Source: Bryobacterales bacterium (GTDB lineage Bacteria > Acidobacteriota > Terriglobia > Bryobacterales > Bryobacteraceae). From it: a stretch of DNA of 64,000 bases. Below are positions 63,696 through 64,000 of this stretch, one piece after another. The stretch spans positions 152,355 to 216,354 of the forward strand of contig CAVOVR010000007.1 in the NCBI GenBank assembly GCA_963699905.1. The letters are read 5' to 3'. The position numbers were made by a program, and so were the translations under genes. The notes beneath the pieces were generated by a model. That model saw only the letters and a program-made list of their open reading frames with translations, was not told the DNA's origin and did not search any database. The first letter of the stretch is position 1, and each line of letters begins with the position of its first letter.

Positions 63696-64000
63696 CTATT
63701 TCCCGCCCAGTTCGGCGAGCACCAGTTTGGCGTTGCGCGATGCCTGATCCTGCATCGGTCCGCTGATCTCGGCGGATTCCTGGAAAAATTGCAGGCCCTC
63801 GCGCATTTGCGCCTTGTCGCCGACCGGTTTGCCGAGGCTATAGTTCGCCAAGCCAAGATCAAACAGAGCGACCGCGTAGAGCTGCGAATTACCCTTGATG
63901 GCGGGCAGCGCGGCGCGCAAAGCTTTGTTCGCCGGACCGTATCTCATCTCCATGGCGTTGCCGACGCCGGTGTAAAAATTGGCGGTCCCAAGCAGAACGG
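63696..64000 (-). CDS. TPR-like repeat protein, C-terminal fragment (open at the window edge)
   Basis: The frame stays open through 64000: ...VLLGTANFYTGVGNAMEMRYGPANKALRAALPAIKGNSQLYAVALFDLGLANYSLGK... Confidence 0.45.
   Translation of the reverse strand, partial: VLLGTANFYTGVGNAMEMRYGPANKALRAALPAIKGNSQLYAVALFDLGLANYSLGKPVGDKAQMREGLQFFQESAEISGPMQDQASRNAKLVLAELGGK

Overview
High-GC chromosomal segment. Spot counts of 60-nt lines give about 63-65% G+C in housekeeping genes. It most likely comes from an Acidobacteriota genome of the Solibacter/Bryobacter type, because a 799-aa secreted protein ends in the Solibacter-type C-terminal domain. I can support about 58 protein-coding genes and no rRNA, tRNA, CRISPR array, transposase or integrase. 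Most of the content is core metabolism and envelope functions: pckG, sdhCAB, apbC, tsaD, queA, sucCD, ndk, sthA, aroA, two thrC homologues, coaD, aspartate aminotransferase, mtgA, several glycosyltransferases, and a sigma54 two-component pair. Three short, visibly AT-richer islets (about 48-55% G+C by spot counts) interrupt this background. (i) 3.77-5.0 kb holds a UPF0175 antitoxin, an 8-codon stump of its PIN toxin and orphan genes. (ii) 17.7-19.55 kb holds one 600-codon gene that fuses a MORC-like GHKL ATPase to a C-terminal PD-(D/E)xK nuclease-like domain and carries one in-frame TAG. This is my best candidate for an undescribed defence-type module. (iii) 24.65-26.53 kb holds a type II restriction-modification pair. 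The strongest technical signal is that roughly 60 reading-frame breaks, mostly single-base insertions and several in homopolymers, cut otherwise excellent housekeeping genes. They occur in discrete dirty blocks that alternate with completely clean blocks. I read this as assembly or sequencing indel error, not gene decay, so interrupted genes are reported as single CDS features with reconstructed extents. Coordinates of frameshifted genes and of non-ATG starts are approximate.
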